A DNA stretch of 63,847 bases, filler included, from Vermamoeba vermiformis (lineage: Eukaryota), in assembly GCA_045837725.1 (NCBI GenBank). It is 4 parts of 4 records of this genome, joined end to end, with 100 filler letters (N's around TTAATTAATTAA, not from the genome) between each part and the next. Parts side by side here need not be neighbours in the genome. Positions count along the whole stretch, not along the records: positions 1 to 28,355 come from JBEWZL010000039.1; 3 more parts are not named here. The stretch is one strand, 5' to 3'. The notes beneath the pieces are model-generated. The model was given only the letters and a program-made list of their open reading frames with translations. It was not told the DNA's origin and made no database searches. Position 1 is the first letter of the stretch; each line of letters opens with the position of its first letter. The position numbers and the translations under genes were made by a program. Positions 15,016-28,455 of this stretch are shown in pieces.

Positions 15016-15971
15016 TTAATATTTCTTCTTATCACCAGTCACTTCGTGGTGCTTGGAACCCTTGGAGAGCACCAAGCGTTCGAGAGCACCGAGACCACCG
15101 GCAACGACAGACCAGCCAATGAATCCAGGGAACATCATTGACGAGGGACCGACGAGAATACCAGCGCATAACACGAGGCCGACCCAAGCGAGATTTCCGT
15201 AATAGATCATCTTTTGGACGTCATCGTGCCAAGGCAACAGATTCACTATGCCAAAACCGACTTCGATAATACGCCAGAACGCAGAGTGATAGACGTTGAA
15301 AGGCAGGACAATAATGTAGAATAATCCTACGCCAGCCAGAGTCAAACCACGAGGGCTTTGGTCGAAGATCTTGCTCGGGAACGCATCCTCTCCTTTCTTA
15401 ATGTGGTTGTTCGTAACGTACTTCAATACGTCGAAGAAGCACATGATAGACAAGAACATGCTAATAGAGAGGTGGAGGGATTCAAAGTCGCCAAAGGCCA
15501 TGAGCAAAATGAGAAGGACGCCAAAAGCTAAGTTTGCTGTCTTAGTGTGAAGCTTAATCTGTTGATATAATTCGCGCGATCGAGGAGTCGTCATAACGTT
15601 GAGGAAGTTGGCGCCCATAAGAGGAAGCTAAGGAGAATATTTTAAAAACGGTTTTTTTGGAAGTGATCGACAAAAAATTTCAAAATTATTGAAAGTGATT
15701 AAAATAAACGGCAATATTATTTATAAATAATAATAATATCATAGGAGTATAAAACAAAAATATTCTGTTTTTAAGTTGCAAAATTAAAAACTTGAATTCT
15801 ATTCTTTGATCTTACCATCGGGAGGAGCAACAAACGGCCGTAAAAGGACGCATAACCAATGCTTTGCATTAAAGTCAACAACAAGCCAGCGCCCCAAGCA
15901 GCGTTGTAGATGTGGCCTTTTTGCTCACGCATAAACTGTTGAAACTTCGGATCCTTCAATTGGTTGAGCAT
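15016..15971 (-). CDS. uncharacterised multi-pass membrane protein, two exons
   Basis: ORFs 15771-15971 and 15016-15618 are hydrophobic and separated by an AT-rich intron. Confidence 0.6.
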
Positions 15972-16256
15972 GATTTTGTAACTATATTGTGCTCGTTTGT
16001 ATTAAGGAGGAGAATAGAATCACCGAAAACCAAATTTATCGAACTTGTTGCCTGGACACGTCACCTGTGAGTTTTCTGTCCAATTATTATAACTTCAGGA
16101 GTGACGTAAGCGTAAATATCAAGATCATTGATATTGGCTATTCTCTATTATATCCGAGCATAGTCTCTTCGCCAAAAATAAACGCAACGTTTTGAATAAA
16201 ATTATCTCCCGTGGAAGTAAATGATTTAAAACTTTATTTCAACGAGAATACCATAG

Positions 16257-18699
16257 ATGCTTAGGGCATTTGCGAAGGTATCATTGGTAGCAAAGCGATG
16301 CTCGACGATTTCATTGGGAAATCAAGCGGCATCCAAGACCATTCAACGGTCACTTTGTGCTACCGGTAGCAAGCCGGACGTTAATTTTGGTAAAAATAAG
16401 CCTGCATTAAAGGAAAATTATCAGCCAAAAATCAATCACGAAGCTTTGGTCAATAAAGCCAGCAGCGTAATTCTAGATTTGTACAAGACTCAACCGGACA
16501 TCAAGAAAAAAATCTTCCAAGAATATTTCTGGAACCCTACCGTACAGAGCACGGCAAATCAAGTTTATCCCGTTGCCAGGGCCTTCAAGTAATTATTTTT
16601 AAATTTATTTTCCCCATTTACAAAATTCCCGCGCATTTATTATACAATTAACACGCTCGTTATCCTATAGAAATTAATACATATATTTAGTTTATCGAAA
16701 ATGACCTACGTCGGTTTCGATTACGATTACACATTGGCCGATTATACCGATGAGTTGCAGAATCTCATCTACAACCTCGCTCGCGATTATTTAGTCAATG
16801 ATATGAGGTAAGAAATAATATATAGATTATTTAACTAGTATATTTTGAATTGTTTGTGGTTCGTGGATTAATATTTTGGATCCAGGTACCCCGCTGAACT
16901 GCTCCAAAAGAGTTACGACCCTGCATTCCCTATTAGAGGTCTATTCTACGATACCAAAAAAGGAAATTTGATTAAGATGGACTTTCTGAATAATATGCAA
17001 ATTGGTGCTGTTTACTTTGGTCGAAGACCGCTTCGTCAGACCGAAATTATTGACGCTTATGGTGGCACTCATGTAAGTATCATATTATATTTAGCAATTA
17101 ATACTATATTCAATGGTGATTAATACTTTGCTTCAGATTAATAGCACTTATTATGGAAACTTGCGTCCGATGATTGATCGATTCGCCTTGCCGGAGACTT
17201 GTGAGTATAATAATATTATAATACAATAGTATAACATATTAATATTATAGGTCTTATTTCGGATGTCATTGAATTTTTCGTTCAAAAGAAACTCAGATTC
17301 GATCCGAGTTACGTTTACAACGACATCACAAAAGCAGTCGGATTGATTCATAGTACTAAATTATTGCATAATGAAATTATGAAGAATTTGCCGTTATATT
17401 TGAAGAAAGATGACGCAGCTGGCATTGCTACATTTTTGACCCGTTTGAAAAAAGCCGGCAAAAAAGTACGTATTAAATCAATTATTATTTATTGGCGTTA
17501 ATTAACACGTATATACCGTATTATAGTTGTTCTTATTGACGAATAGCCCGTATAATTTCGTCGATTACGGCATGAGCTACATTTTGAACGGTCAAGAAAA
17601 TATTGGTGATTGGAAGCAACTATTTGACATCATTATCGTCAACGGAGATAAACCGAACTTTTTTATGTCTGATAGACCATTTAGGTAAGCAATAACTATT
17701 AATAGAGCGGCATGTACTGGATCCCAAACTGATCTTTATTTTTCGACAGAGCGTTTGATACTACTAACGGAGCTATTAAATGGGAGCAAGTTAATGAATT
17801 CACACCATCGAATGTATACGTAGAAGGGTGCTTGGCTGTAAGTAGATCCAAGTTTCGAATCGTTACAAAAATTTATCAAATTTATTTGGCAATTAAACGC
17901 AGTACAAAAAGCTCGTATAATCATAGATAAACTATATTAACTAATATTTGAATCCAGCAATTTAACCGCATTGTCAAGCCCAAAGGCGATTCTGTAGCGT
18001 ATTTTGGAGACCATTTATTCGGGTAAGCTTGAGTCTATGATAATTTGTCTTCTTAATATTAAATTATTATCTATTGAATTAGTGATGCGCGAGAGCCTAG
18101 TCGCAGCAGTGGATGGCGTACGGGAGTTATCATTCGCGAGTTAGAGCAAGAAATCGTTACTCAGAATAGCTTTGAATACATCGATCATTTGAGAAAATTA
18201 GTAACTGTAAGTATAATATAATATCTTGTAGCGATAATTGAAGCTGATCCGGTCTTGGAATTAGTTGGAAGATCTGCGACGAAAATTTGACCTTCTATCT
18301 GCGGATCCGGAAATGGACGTTATGAAGGATATGGAGCTTGAAGTACAAAGACATAGAAAGCGTAAGTAGTAACATTCAAATTTTTCGTTAATCACCAGAT
18401 CCATCCACAAAACTATTCGGATCGGAAAATTAAAAGTCTAACTCTGATTATTAGAGCTGAAAGACATGTTCAACAAGCACTTCGGTAGCGCGTTTAGGAC
18501 ATTTACTAACGCCACACTGTTCGCGTACTTGTTACAACGATACGCGGACGTCTACACATCCAAGCTCGAAAATTTCAATAATTACCCGCTCGACTACGAG
18601 TTCCATCCTCGACGATCCTTCTTGCCGCACGAATTGTCGCTAATGAAAGATATTTTCCAGGAATGGAGCGGCGAAGGTCAAGAAATTGAAGAATTCTAA
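16257..18699 (+). CDS. HAD-superfamily 5'-nucleotidase (cN-II/NT5DC family), multi-exon
   Basis: [11 protein letters not shown] (motif I), [39 protein letters not shown]...RYADVYTS. Confidence 0.9.
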
Positions 18700-18862
18700 A
18701 AGATCTGCTCTTTTCACAAAACTCTTGTAAATATAATATTCAAATCAATATTCATTAATTAAATGAGTACTATGCTATATTTGCTACCGAAAGAAACATG
18801 CCCATTTCAGTCGTGTGTCAAAAAATAGTTTTGAATTCCGGATCTTTTTTGTTTCGTTTAAA

Positions 18863-21317
18863 ATGGATTGGAGCACACTTGCCCTCGAACTTATTGAACG
18901 AATATTAGTATGGACAAAGTCTCCTGTTACAGTTGTAAACGTAGGCTTCTTGGTCTGTAAAAATTGGCGTGCCGTTAGTGAAGATCAGATTTTTTGGAAG
19001 GTCAGTTGATTTAATAGAGCCATTACCTGTTAAAAATATAATATTAATTTAAGTCAATTTATACTCTGGCAATAAGTAGCAACGCAACTTAAGAGTAAAA
19101 TATCAGAAAATTATTGCAATATTTTATGGCACGTGTAGTTGCAGATCTAATCCAAATATTAGGATCTGTATTATGCTACATCATCGCATAAGTATAAGCG
19201 TGATTACGAAGTTGACTGGAAGACAAAAGTGATGGATTTCGTTTTGATCCGGAAAAACATCAAGCAAAGCAGGCAAGTATCAGCTCAATAATAATTTAGT
19301 TATTAATCGTAAATTATAGATGTATCGTAAAGGCGATAGTTACGACAGACACCCCACGGGAGCCGGAGAATATTGACTATCGTAGCGCTGAAATTCGAAG
19401 CTTTGCCTTTTATAAGGACTATTTTCTGTGCGAATGGTCCAAGCGAGGCTATTCTACCTCTAGAACGTACTCGCATTGTTTTGATATGGTCACTGAGGAA
19501 TCGGTGGATGTAGGTCACATAGATCAGCTTAATTTAAAATTGTCAAATATTTAATTTTCTAACGTCTTATTAGGCTACCTGCGATACATTTATCAACAAA
19601 TACGTCGCTAAAACGGTAATTTTGAACGAAATTTCCTTCTAACGATAAATTAACCTTAATTTCATGTAGCCCTCTCTGCAGTACGGTGGACCTTCCTATT
19701 CAGAAGTCTCAGTAGCGAGAATTGAAGATGCGTTAAGAAAGCGTGATTTCTCAATTACAGACTCAAGCTCAATTACTTTTCAGATGCCCGCTGGCATTAC
19801 ACGACGATGCATTGAAAATTTTTGCATTGACTCCGATTTTGTTGGATTCGTGGAGAGCCAACGGCCAGAGTAAGTACCGTTTTATATATTATTTTTTTGT
19901 CGTTGATATCGAAAAATGCCAAACGATTATTTTTTGACGCGTGTCACTTGCTTCAGACAAGACAAGCAGTTGACACGTGTCAATTTGTCGAAGTTTCAAT
20001 TTCCCATTTTAATTGCTTGTAAGTAACTAATTTTTTAGTATTAATCCTTCGCAAGTGTTTGTCGTTGACGCTGAAACTGGCGTGGTAGTTTTTCAACAAG
20101 AATTTGCAGAAGAATACATCTCCGATCGATACTTCGCCATGTACGACAACTACTTGGCAATGTTGGGTGGAAGAAGATGCGAGAAATTGATCGTTGTGGA
20201 TATTTTGACAGGTGTCACTGTTGAAAAATTAATTAGTTCGGCGCATAAAGCACAAATTATGACTCGTGATGAGGTAGGCAGAAAAATTCATATCAATAAT
20301 GCAAAAACCGTTATATTGAGTATTAATAATCGTTTTCAACGACGAGAAATAATCTCGTTGTCCATGCAGATCCATCTCAGAAATTCAACTTAACCGAATA
20401 ATAATGTGCTTCTTAGATAGTCATCCGTCAAAATAATGAGCTTAGAATATGGAATTACAAACAGAATACTGAACGCGTGCTGCCCAACGGCGAGATGGTA
20501 CGTTAAAATTTTTAGGGTTAGGGTTTGGCTAATATCAAAAACATAGGAAAATCAGCCAATTAAAATGATTTACAACGACATGTGGCTTACATTTGAGAGT
20601 TATCAAAGTGCAATGATAATATCGTTCTATGATATGAACAATGGTTTGAAAGTTGGATCCGTCTCCGTTAGACACCTTTCTTCCCTCGGAATACTTTCCC
20701 AAGTAAGCCATTAAGAACCTCATATCTGTTAGATCAACAGAATAATACTAACGAAATTTCCAGCTAAGTGATGGTCGGCTTGCGGTTAGTACGAGAACTT
20801 GTTGTCACGTGATCAGTTTTTTGAACTCCGAAGTTGCGAGAAAAATCAAAGTTTTGTTGATGGACATTGACGGTTCTACCACCGTAAGTATGATTGAGAT
20901 ACAGAAATGATTTTAATTTAATGTTTGTTGCAGGAACATGAAATTATGGCGTACGAACTGGTCAACTTTTTTCTCCAAAAAGTTAATAACAAGATTAAAA
21001 GCTTAAACTCTTGTGTCATTCCGTCTCAATCGAGCTCAGAAAACGAACGACACGTAATGATTTATAGTCAACTAGTTTCAACGGGGCCTGTGAAAGTTTA
21101 TCCAGACGTTGAAGAAGATACCAGGCCTGAAAACAGCCATGCTACAAAGCTCCTATCACAAGCAATTAAGCCCATTCATATCAACACCCCTTATCAACCT
21201 TGGTTGTGTACAAATACAAAGATCGAATACATCTGTTGTCCAGATAATAAGGTTCGTGGTGAAGTTATGATTGTAAAAGAGCAAAAAATTGATGGTCGTT
21301 GGCAATTAGCGAGCTAG
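18863..21317 (+). CDS. F-box-like protein, multi-exon; paralog of 25093-27565
   Basis: N-term MDWSTLALELIERIL...VCKNWRAVSEDQIFWK is F-box-like; C-term ...EQKIDGRWQLAS*. Confidence 0.7.
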
Positions 21318-22004
21318 TTTTTAATAGAAATTTTTAACCGAGTACGACAATAAAGGAAATTGCTAGTCAACAGACCACCGGACAGGAGAGGGCCAGGAGG
21401 CCGCCCGACGGGCGGAGACGAAACCGAGACAACCAGAGAGCCAACGAGGGGGACGGCGGCCGGGCCAAGGCAAAAAGACGACGGGGCGCGGACAGGAGAA
21501 AGACTGACGGTTGTTGACGATCACTTTGGTGTTGTCTTCGAGCTCAATCTTGATCACGTCATTCACGAGATCACCGCCATTCGTAGTGTAGGCGGCAAGT
21601 TCGTACCAGCTTCCATTAAGTATCGCCCGAGAGTAGCCCCGCCCCCCGCCAGCCCGTCCGGCCCCCGTTCGCAGGTTGTTTACCTTCTGTTTGTGAGGTT
21701 TTTTTGGCTCTTGCGTGCCCTTTTGTGTTTGCCTTTGAGCCGTGTTGTTGTGTTAGTCTCGTTGTAGATTGGTAGCAGATTTGGGGCTTGTGGTTTTGTG
21801 GTGTTTTCTGGTCGATTGCAGCGCGAGTATTGGTCTAACTGTTTTGTTGTTGTGTTTGGTGTTTTTGTTGTTTGTTGTGATTTGAGAGTAGTGAGATGTC
21901 GATGAGGGTTTTTTTTGTTCAGTTTGTTTCTATTTTGTGTGGAGGGTGTGTGTTGTTGCGTGGTGTGTTTTGTGGTTGAGAGAGAGTGTTTGTGTTGACG
22001 CTTT

Positions 22005-22051
<47 letters not shown>

Positions 22052-22203
22052 CTCTTTTCTCGTTTTTTGTTTGTCTTTTTGTTTTTGCGTTTTTTTTGCA
22101 AATGAAAGTGAAAGTGTTCGCCAATCCCGCCAACATTTGCAAGATAGCTTGCGTTGAGAACTACGTTGGCTTGCAAACGGAATATACTTTATTTACATTA
22201 GTT

Positions 22204-22725
22204 TCAAGACCAGAATTTGTTGTCAGTCCAATGCTTGAACAAATCGTTATTAGGTTCCATCACCTTCAAATAATCCTTAGCACTGCCGTGGAACATATTT
22301 CCATCAGTCAATTCGTTGTTTTCGGTCTCGATCTGCTTCTTTTTCTGAAGTACAGGCTCCAGCACTTTCGGATCTTTCTTAGCAAGAGGCTCAGCTTCAG
22401 TTGCGCTGTGGTAAAGTTCTTTCCATTGATGAGACAACTGCATATACTTCCTCGATTGCCATTTATAGTAATAAGAATAAGTAGCGATGCCTGCCGTCGC
22501 CAAAAGTCCAGTAAATAGCGATGAAACTCCGTTAGTAGTACCAGTAGACCTCGCCATTAATGCATAAGCAGGTGTTATTGCTCCAACGAATACTCCAAAG
22601 CCCATCCAGCTCTTCGCCCAAGAAGCGTCGTCAGTGGATTTGTTTTGGTAACCGTAACTCTTCAACCAGCATTCTCGTCGAAGGGATGGTATGTTTACAA
22701 ACGAAAAAGTATTAGGTGTGGTCAT
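22204..22725 (-). CDS. two-TM membrane protein, tandem paralog A
   Basis: 173-aa single-exon ORF; LRRE..WMGFGVFVGAITPAY..YYKWQS aligns with the neighbouring ORF. Confidence 0.7.
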   Translation of the reverse strand: MTTPNTFSFVNIPSLRRECWLKSYGYQNKSTDDASWAKSWMGFGVFVGAITPAYALMARSTGTTNGVSSLFTGLLATAGIATYSYYYKWQSRKYMQLSHQWKELYHSATEAEPLAKKDPKVLEPVLQKKKQIETENNELTDGNMFHGSAKDYLKVMEPNNDLFKHWTDNKFWS

Positions 22726-22913
22726 GATGTTATGAATATTAATATGAATTCCAAAAAACTGACGTGTCTTTAAATCGCAACAAAATGAGTTTACTGATTG
22801 ACACGTGACTTGAGATATTTTGCGAATGAATTCAACCAGAAATCTAAATTTATTAGATACCTTTAATGCGTAAAAGTATGTTCTTGATTGCCATTTACAT
22901 GCTGAAACTCAGA

Positions 22914-23429
22914 TTATTTCTTTTTTTCGAACAGCGCGTCGTATTCGGGATAGTTCGCTGAGTAATGCGAGCCCCAAGATAAATCGTACTTCGAGAGCTC
23001 TCTATATTCTTTTTTCATCGCATTATGCTTTTCTACTAGTGCGTTGACTTGATCTGGGCTCACTGCTGATTTTTCGGCAACATCCGTTGAGTCTTTGAAA
23101 AGATCTTGCCATTTACGTGACGTTTCTAGCAGTTTGTTGGACTGCCAGCGATAATAGAGCGAAAATCCCATTATTCCAGCGGAAGCAGCAGCAGAACTGA
23201 AGAGATGACGATTTGGATTCGCGAAACCCCAACTCTTTATGCACAAATAATACGCAGGCGTTAGAGCAGCAATAAATACACCAAAATTCATCCAATTCTT
23301 TGCTGTAATTGATGCGTCTTGCGCTTTCGTTTCGAAAGCAAGCTGGCGAAGAAGACTTTCGCGTCGAACTCTCGTAAGATCGAAAATGAATTTTGGTCCT
23401 GAAGAACCAGCTTGATTGTGCGTGCTCAT
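22914..23429 (-). CDS. two-TM membrane protein, tandem paralog B
   Basis: 171-aa ORF; VRRE..WMNFGVFIAALTPAY..YYRWQS. Confidence 0.7.
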   Translation of the reverse strand: MSTHNQAGSSGPKFIFDLTRVRRESLLRQLAFETKAQDASITAKNWMNFGVFIAALTPAYYLCIKSWGFANPNRHLFSSAAASAGIMGFSLYYRWQSNKLLETSRKWQDLFKDSTDVAEKSAVSPDQVNALVEKHNAMKKEYRELSKYDLSWGSHYSANYPEYDALFEKKK

Positions 23430-23729
23430 TGTTGTGGAAGCTTGATTTTACGACGCAAAATTGAAGTCTTATTAATCAAAACCCGTGAACTCAGCCGAAC
23501 TTATCTATTTTTAGGACGTTTCAGGCCAATAACACGATCCAAGTTCTGTAGATCGAAGTCAAAGACAGGAAACGAGGTCTATTGCTAGATTAAGCTCGCT
23601 CGAGTAAAACGAGTATGATATTTGAGGTAAAAATACAATCTAATTTTAAATTTCGAGCAAATTCACTAAATTTATGAAGCGATCAATGTCCTTGGCAATT
23701 CATTTCTTCATTGCTTCAAACACCTAAAA

Positions 23730-24185
23730 ATGAACTTACCTCTCACTCTTAATAACATAATCGTGTTCAACGCGCTGTGGCTTGGCTTCTGGGCGATAGA
23801 GCTCGGTGGAGATCCCTTGAAGCTGCATGCCTGGGACTTTGGACGCGATAGAACCCCCATAGAGGCACAGGGATGGCATGCTGCCGCTGCATTTACTGTA
23901 GGACTATTTGTTCTCTGCATCTGGGCTATAAAATTGCCGATCGAATCCAAGAAAGGCTTTCTGCAGTGCTTAATCGCTCCTTACCTTGCAAGCTTCGTTT
24001 GGTTGCTCAATGCTAGACAAGTATTCTTCACTGTTGCTTGGAATGCTCAAGTACTTGCACTCAGTTTCGCTGCGATCCTAACTTTTGTCGGTGGATTTGT
24101 CTTGAAACCAGAACAAAACGTGCCGATGACAAAGACCGTCGTACCCGAGGCTACTATCGAGGCGAAAAGGGTTCATGCTGCTTAA
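23730..24185 (+). CDS. small multi-TM membrane protein
   Basis: 151-aa single-exon ORF with about 4 hydrophobic segments and a good Kozak-like AAAAATG start. Confidence 0.6.
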   Translation: MNLPLTLNNIIVFNALWLGFWAIELGGDPLKLHAWDFGRDRTPIEAQGWHAAAAFTVGLFVLCIWAIKLPIESKKGFLQCLIAPYLASFVWLLNARQVFFTVAWNAQVLALSFAAILTFVGGFVLKPEQNVPMTKTVVPEATIEAKRVHAA

Positions 24186-25092
24186 AGTACTTTGTCAGTG
24201 TTTGTAGTGTCAATAAAGCTAAGTACTTACTTTTGACCCAAGAAGATCTCGCATGAAAATATCTGTATAGATGCTCAAATGCTAGATAATTGCTCTGTCA
24301 TCCGGTTCTATTGTAATTTGATATCTATATGCACTCGCGAGAGGCTAATATTGTTCACGTTATTGGACTGCGAAGAATTTTCATGAGTAGGCTGGCTGGT
24401 ATAGTTATTATAATTACTATTGTATCCTTTTCCTCTACTATTACTATTAATCAAGCCATTGATAATCGAAAAAGCTCCAGATGCGGCAGTCGAAACTAAA
24501 GTACCCAAGTTTGATTTTGCTTTTGACAGCCAAACCAAATCATGACGAACTCCCAAGTACTTCGAAATCACGTCCCTTAACATGTAGAGCTCTGTCAAAA
24601 AAATTGGGGCCCCCCCCAAAAAATATTAATAATTAATATCCACGATATTATCGTACATGGTAATATTAATAACGTGCTAGCTGTACGTAGTTATTTATAA
24701 AAATTTCCTTTTTGAATATTTTAAAATTTGGATTTACCTTGTGTCGGTGGTGTTATTTACAATTTGACCACTATTCTACTCACTATAATTTGTACTATAA
24801 AATTTTGCCGATAATTTGTTGATGGTTGGCTTGGCAGCAAATACTGCTCTGTGCTTGCTCGAGATCTCTATCCGAATAATTGTGAAGCTGTTTTGAATAC
24901 GAAGATAGACCCTTAGACCTTCTTAATAGCTAACACTGCGGCAGGTCGCACGAGTTGTCGTAACACGTTGGAATTGTTAAAGGGAATAAGAATTTTGTAA
25001 CAACAATTTCTTTTGTTTTTTTTTTTGGGGTGTTTTTCATAACATTATTGTACAATAATAATACCATTATATTAATTACTTAATTTTGCCAA

Positions 25093-27565
25093 TTACACTA
25101 GTTGCCATCGACCGTCGATCTTTCGTTCTTTCACGATCACCACTGGACCACACACCTGTGTAACAGCCTGAGAGCGACACTCGATAGTCTGGCCATCGGT
25201 TCTCCAACCTTGATACGGTGTGTTGATCTGTGTGGGCTGAACTGCATTTTTGAATAGCTCCGTGGCTTTTGCATTGTTCGGTCTTTCGGAAGCCTGCGAA
25301 AAAACCATGACGTAGCGTTCATTTTCAGCGTGAGGTTGATAAGGAACAACGCGCGAGGTCATATCTCGCAAAAATCCTTTGGCAGGTTGGCGATAAAATT
25401 CAGGGAGTTTGCACGCCATGATTTCATGTTCCTATGTGAAACAAGGGCGACCGTTAGTAACCTCAAAAATTGCCAAATTTAGTTCATTGTTTGTTTCTTA
25501 CTGTTACGGTCCCTTCAATGTCCATCAACAAAACTTTGATATTTCGCGTCACTTCGGAGTTCAAAAAACTGATCACGTGACAACCAGCTCTCGTACTAAC
25601 CGCAAGTCGACCATCACTCAGCTGGAATTTCGTTTACTCGTTAATGCTAGTATTACGTAGTGCATAATATGCATTAATGCTTACCTCGGAGAGATATACA
25701 AAGCCCGAATAACTGCCTCGAAGAAATAAAGATCCAACTTGTGAGCCGTCATTCATATCGAAAAATGATATCAGCAGTTCCGATTGTTCGTTCTTTCCAG
25801 TCACCCACATGTCGTGGTAAATCATTTTCACCAGTTGAGTGCCCTATGCAAACCATGTAAGAATTATTCCAGATCCGTTAATGCTGACAGTACAACTTAC
25901 CGCTTGTCCAACCGGATATTCTTTCTCGGTATTGTTCTTATAATTCCATATGATAAACTTGTTTTCGCAGCGAAATGCGACCTGCATCGAATTAGAAATT
26001 GCGTGTAAAAAAAATTGACGTTAGATCTTACCTCGTCTTTTCTCATGAAACAAAACTCATAAGGAGCTTCAAATTGCTTTTTGATTTGGTTTTTTGTCAC
26101 GACATCCACTAACAAGAATTTATGCTTGCCAAGCGTATCCCAGGGTCGCACTGCAAAGTAATTGTCGTACAGCCCGAAGAACCGGTTGGTTCTATCATAG
26201 GGCATCTGAGTTTCAAATACGACTGATCCAGTTTCCGCATCGAGAATATATGCCTGAGAAGGTCTTGCGTTGCGCAAAAAAAATTAGTCTATGAGCACTC
26301 TTTCAAAAAAAATTGAAAATGTTGGTAGGCGGGAAAAATAGCTTGAAACGAGCTTTGTTTAAATTTGAATTTGATGCTATCTTTTCTTTAGTAACTACCC
26401 GACACCTACTTATTATATTTTAAATATCACTGAAATCTTTTGCGTCTCAACGTAGAATAAATCCGCAATAGTAGAGTACTTACCCTTGATATTCGCTTGA
26501 GAAAAACCCCAGGTACTTCGAATCCAAGCAATAATTGGTAATAGATCGTGTTGTATGGTCGCTACGAGGCAAGTTTAATTTCACTGCCCTCGTTAGAAGG
26601 AACAGCCTGCCCTCACGGATCTTTTTTTCGTCAATTTCGTGCACTCTCATGTCGGTGTAAGAGATGCCGCCGTAATACTCTGAAGGCTATAGTAGATATA
26701 ATGGTGAATTTTAGACGATTTTACTAACTTAATTAAAGGCAAACGTACGGATTTGGTAACGTATTTGTTAATGAGGGTCACTTCTCTCTCGTCCAGCTAA
26801 TAACATTAATTAGTATCAAAATATATCGTATATATATTATTTACCTCGATGTATTCTTCGGTAACCATATTGATGAAATGGGAATTTAACCTTTGAACGT
26901 CTCCGTAAGATCTGCAGAAAAATTAATCATATGCAGGTTGCCATACTATTAATAATAATACCCAAAATGCTCTATGGTCTGCCAAGTAACGAGATGAAAG
27001 TCTTTGTACACAGCAGTGTTGTCGACAGTCAGATCAACCCTGTTAGTCTTAGGCTCGCCTGTGCTGATGGTTTTAACTACGCATCTAAGCAATAAAATAA
27101 TTAAATAATTAATAATTACGGGAAAATATCGCATACTTACCTTCCTTGAGCGACGTTATTGCGGATCAAAACTCCATCCATGACTTTCTTCCTCCAATCG
27201 ACTTCATCTTGATATTTCAAACCGACGGACGATATAATATAATACAACTCCTATAATTAATTTCTTTAGTTCACAGGGTAAGTACTGACGAAAATTAAAT
27301 TTGAAATGCTTTAAATACTAAAATTAGTAATCGCGTTAGGCGACTCTAATATGCTATCTTTTGTTGCATATTAATCATAAATCATAAATCAAATTTAATT
27401 ACGTAATTATGCATTTAGCTCATTACGCACCTTCCACACGATCTGATCGTCGCCAATCGCCTTCCAATTTTTGCAAGCATAGCTGGCATTAATGATCGTT
27501 CTTGGTGAGCCAGTAAATAATAATATACGCTCAATAATTTCAACGGCTACTGTGCTCCAGTCCAT
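25093..27565 (-). CDS. F-box-like protein, multi-exon; paralog of 18863-21317
   Basis: Minus strand begins MDWSTVAVEIIERILYFTGSPRTIINASYACKNWKAIGDDQIVWK and ends ...ERKIDGRWQLV*; exon structure similar to the paralog. Confidence 0.7.
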
Positions 27566-27683
27566 AATTTAAATTTTGCAACAGACCACCGCAACCGCTC
27601 TACTTCTAAGGAAAATTCACTTTTAGCTCATAGTTTAATTGCGTTGAAGGGCTACACTCATCAAATACAACCTAGTGTTCTAA

Positions 27684-28355
27684 TTAGATTAGCTCTTTAA
27701 GGAGTAAAAATCCTAGGCATGCAACCCAAACGAGCGATGCCGAATGCAACGAAGCCTCTGATGTAACAGTGACAGGAGATTCAACCGGAACATTGCTGTT
27801 CGAAGTGCTAGATGTAGGTACGGGCACGACTATAGCAGGTGTGTTGCTCGCCGTTGGTGCTGCAGACAATTCTGGAAACTCGAATAGATCGATTATGCCC
27901 CACTGCCCAGCTTGAATATCAACGCCGCCTGCAAAGAATGCAAATTTTCCGGCAGAAGTAGCAGTCAATTGGGTTCGCCCACTAGCCAAGTTTGCGTAAG
28001 TCCAGAGTTTTGTAGTCGTATCCAAGATGTCCACGTCATCAACGATCAGGTTATTTAGAGAGGATCCTCCGCCAAAAATTGCATATGGTCCAACTGAAGT
28101 CGCCGCTAAGTAAGCTTTGGGTTGGCTTAAAGAATTAACACTCCACGTCAGAGTTTTGGCATCAAATATATCAACTGTGTCACTGTATACTTGTGGAGTC
28201 AGCGATACAAGACCACCACCAAAGAATGCATAATCCCCAGTCGAAGTTGCTGCCAGATCAGATCTTGCTTGACTAAGTGATGCCGTGGACCACTGGAGTG
28301 TTTCAGAATCGAATATTGAAACGAGATCGCTCTTGGTTGTAGTTCCGTTAAGTTC
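27684..28355 (-). CDS. kelch-like repeat surface protein with Ser/Thr/Pro stalk and hydrophobic (GPI-like) tail; 5' end lost in the gap
   Basis: Repeats LSQARSDLAATSTGDYAFFGGG...VDIFDAKTLTWS and LASGRTQLTATSAGKFAFFAGG; C-term SASLVWVACLGFLLL. Confidence 0.7.
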   Translation of the reverse strand, partial: ELNGTTTKSDLVSIFDSETLQWSTASLSQARSDLAATSTGDYAFFGGGLVSLTPQVYSDTVDIFDAKTLTWSVNSLSQPKAYLAATSVGPYAIFGGGSSLNNLIVDDVDILDTTTKLWTYANLASGRTQLTATSAGKFAFFAGGVDIQAGQWGIIDLFEFPELSAAPTASNTPAIVVPVPTSSTSNSNVPVESPVTVTSEASLHSASLVWVACLGFLLLKELI

Positions 28356-28455
28356 NNNNNNNNNNNNNNNNNNNNNNNNNNNNNNNNNNNNNNNNNNNNT
28401 TAATTAATTAANNNNNNNNNNNNNNNNNNNNNNNNNNNNNNNNNNNNNNNNNNNN
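28356..28455. other. artificial contig spacer (N run with TTAATTAATTAA linker)
   Basis: 100 nt of N containing the six-frame-stop linker at 28400-28411. Confidence 0.97.

Noticed and set aside
21360-22100. GC-rich then GT-rich/poly-T stretch with low-complexity ORFs (poly-Lys/poly-Phe)
   Set aside because: Looks like low-quality consensus or simple-sequence noise around a possible exon fragment; no coherent element ends
24308-24619. ORF with Asn/Ser-rich tail
   Set aside because: Probably an exon of a host gene, but the gene model and product could not be supported
28400-28411. Palindromic TTAATTAATTAA recurring three times
   Set aside because: Artificial six-frame-stop linker inside N spacers, not biological
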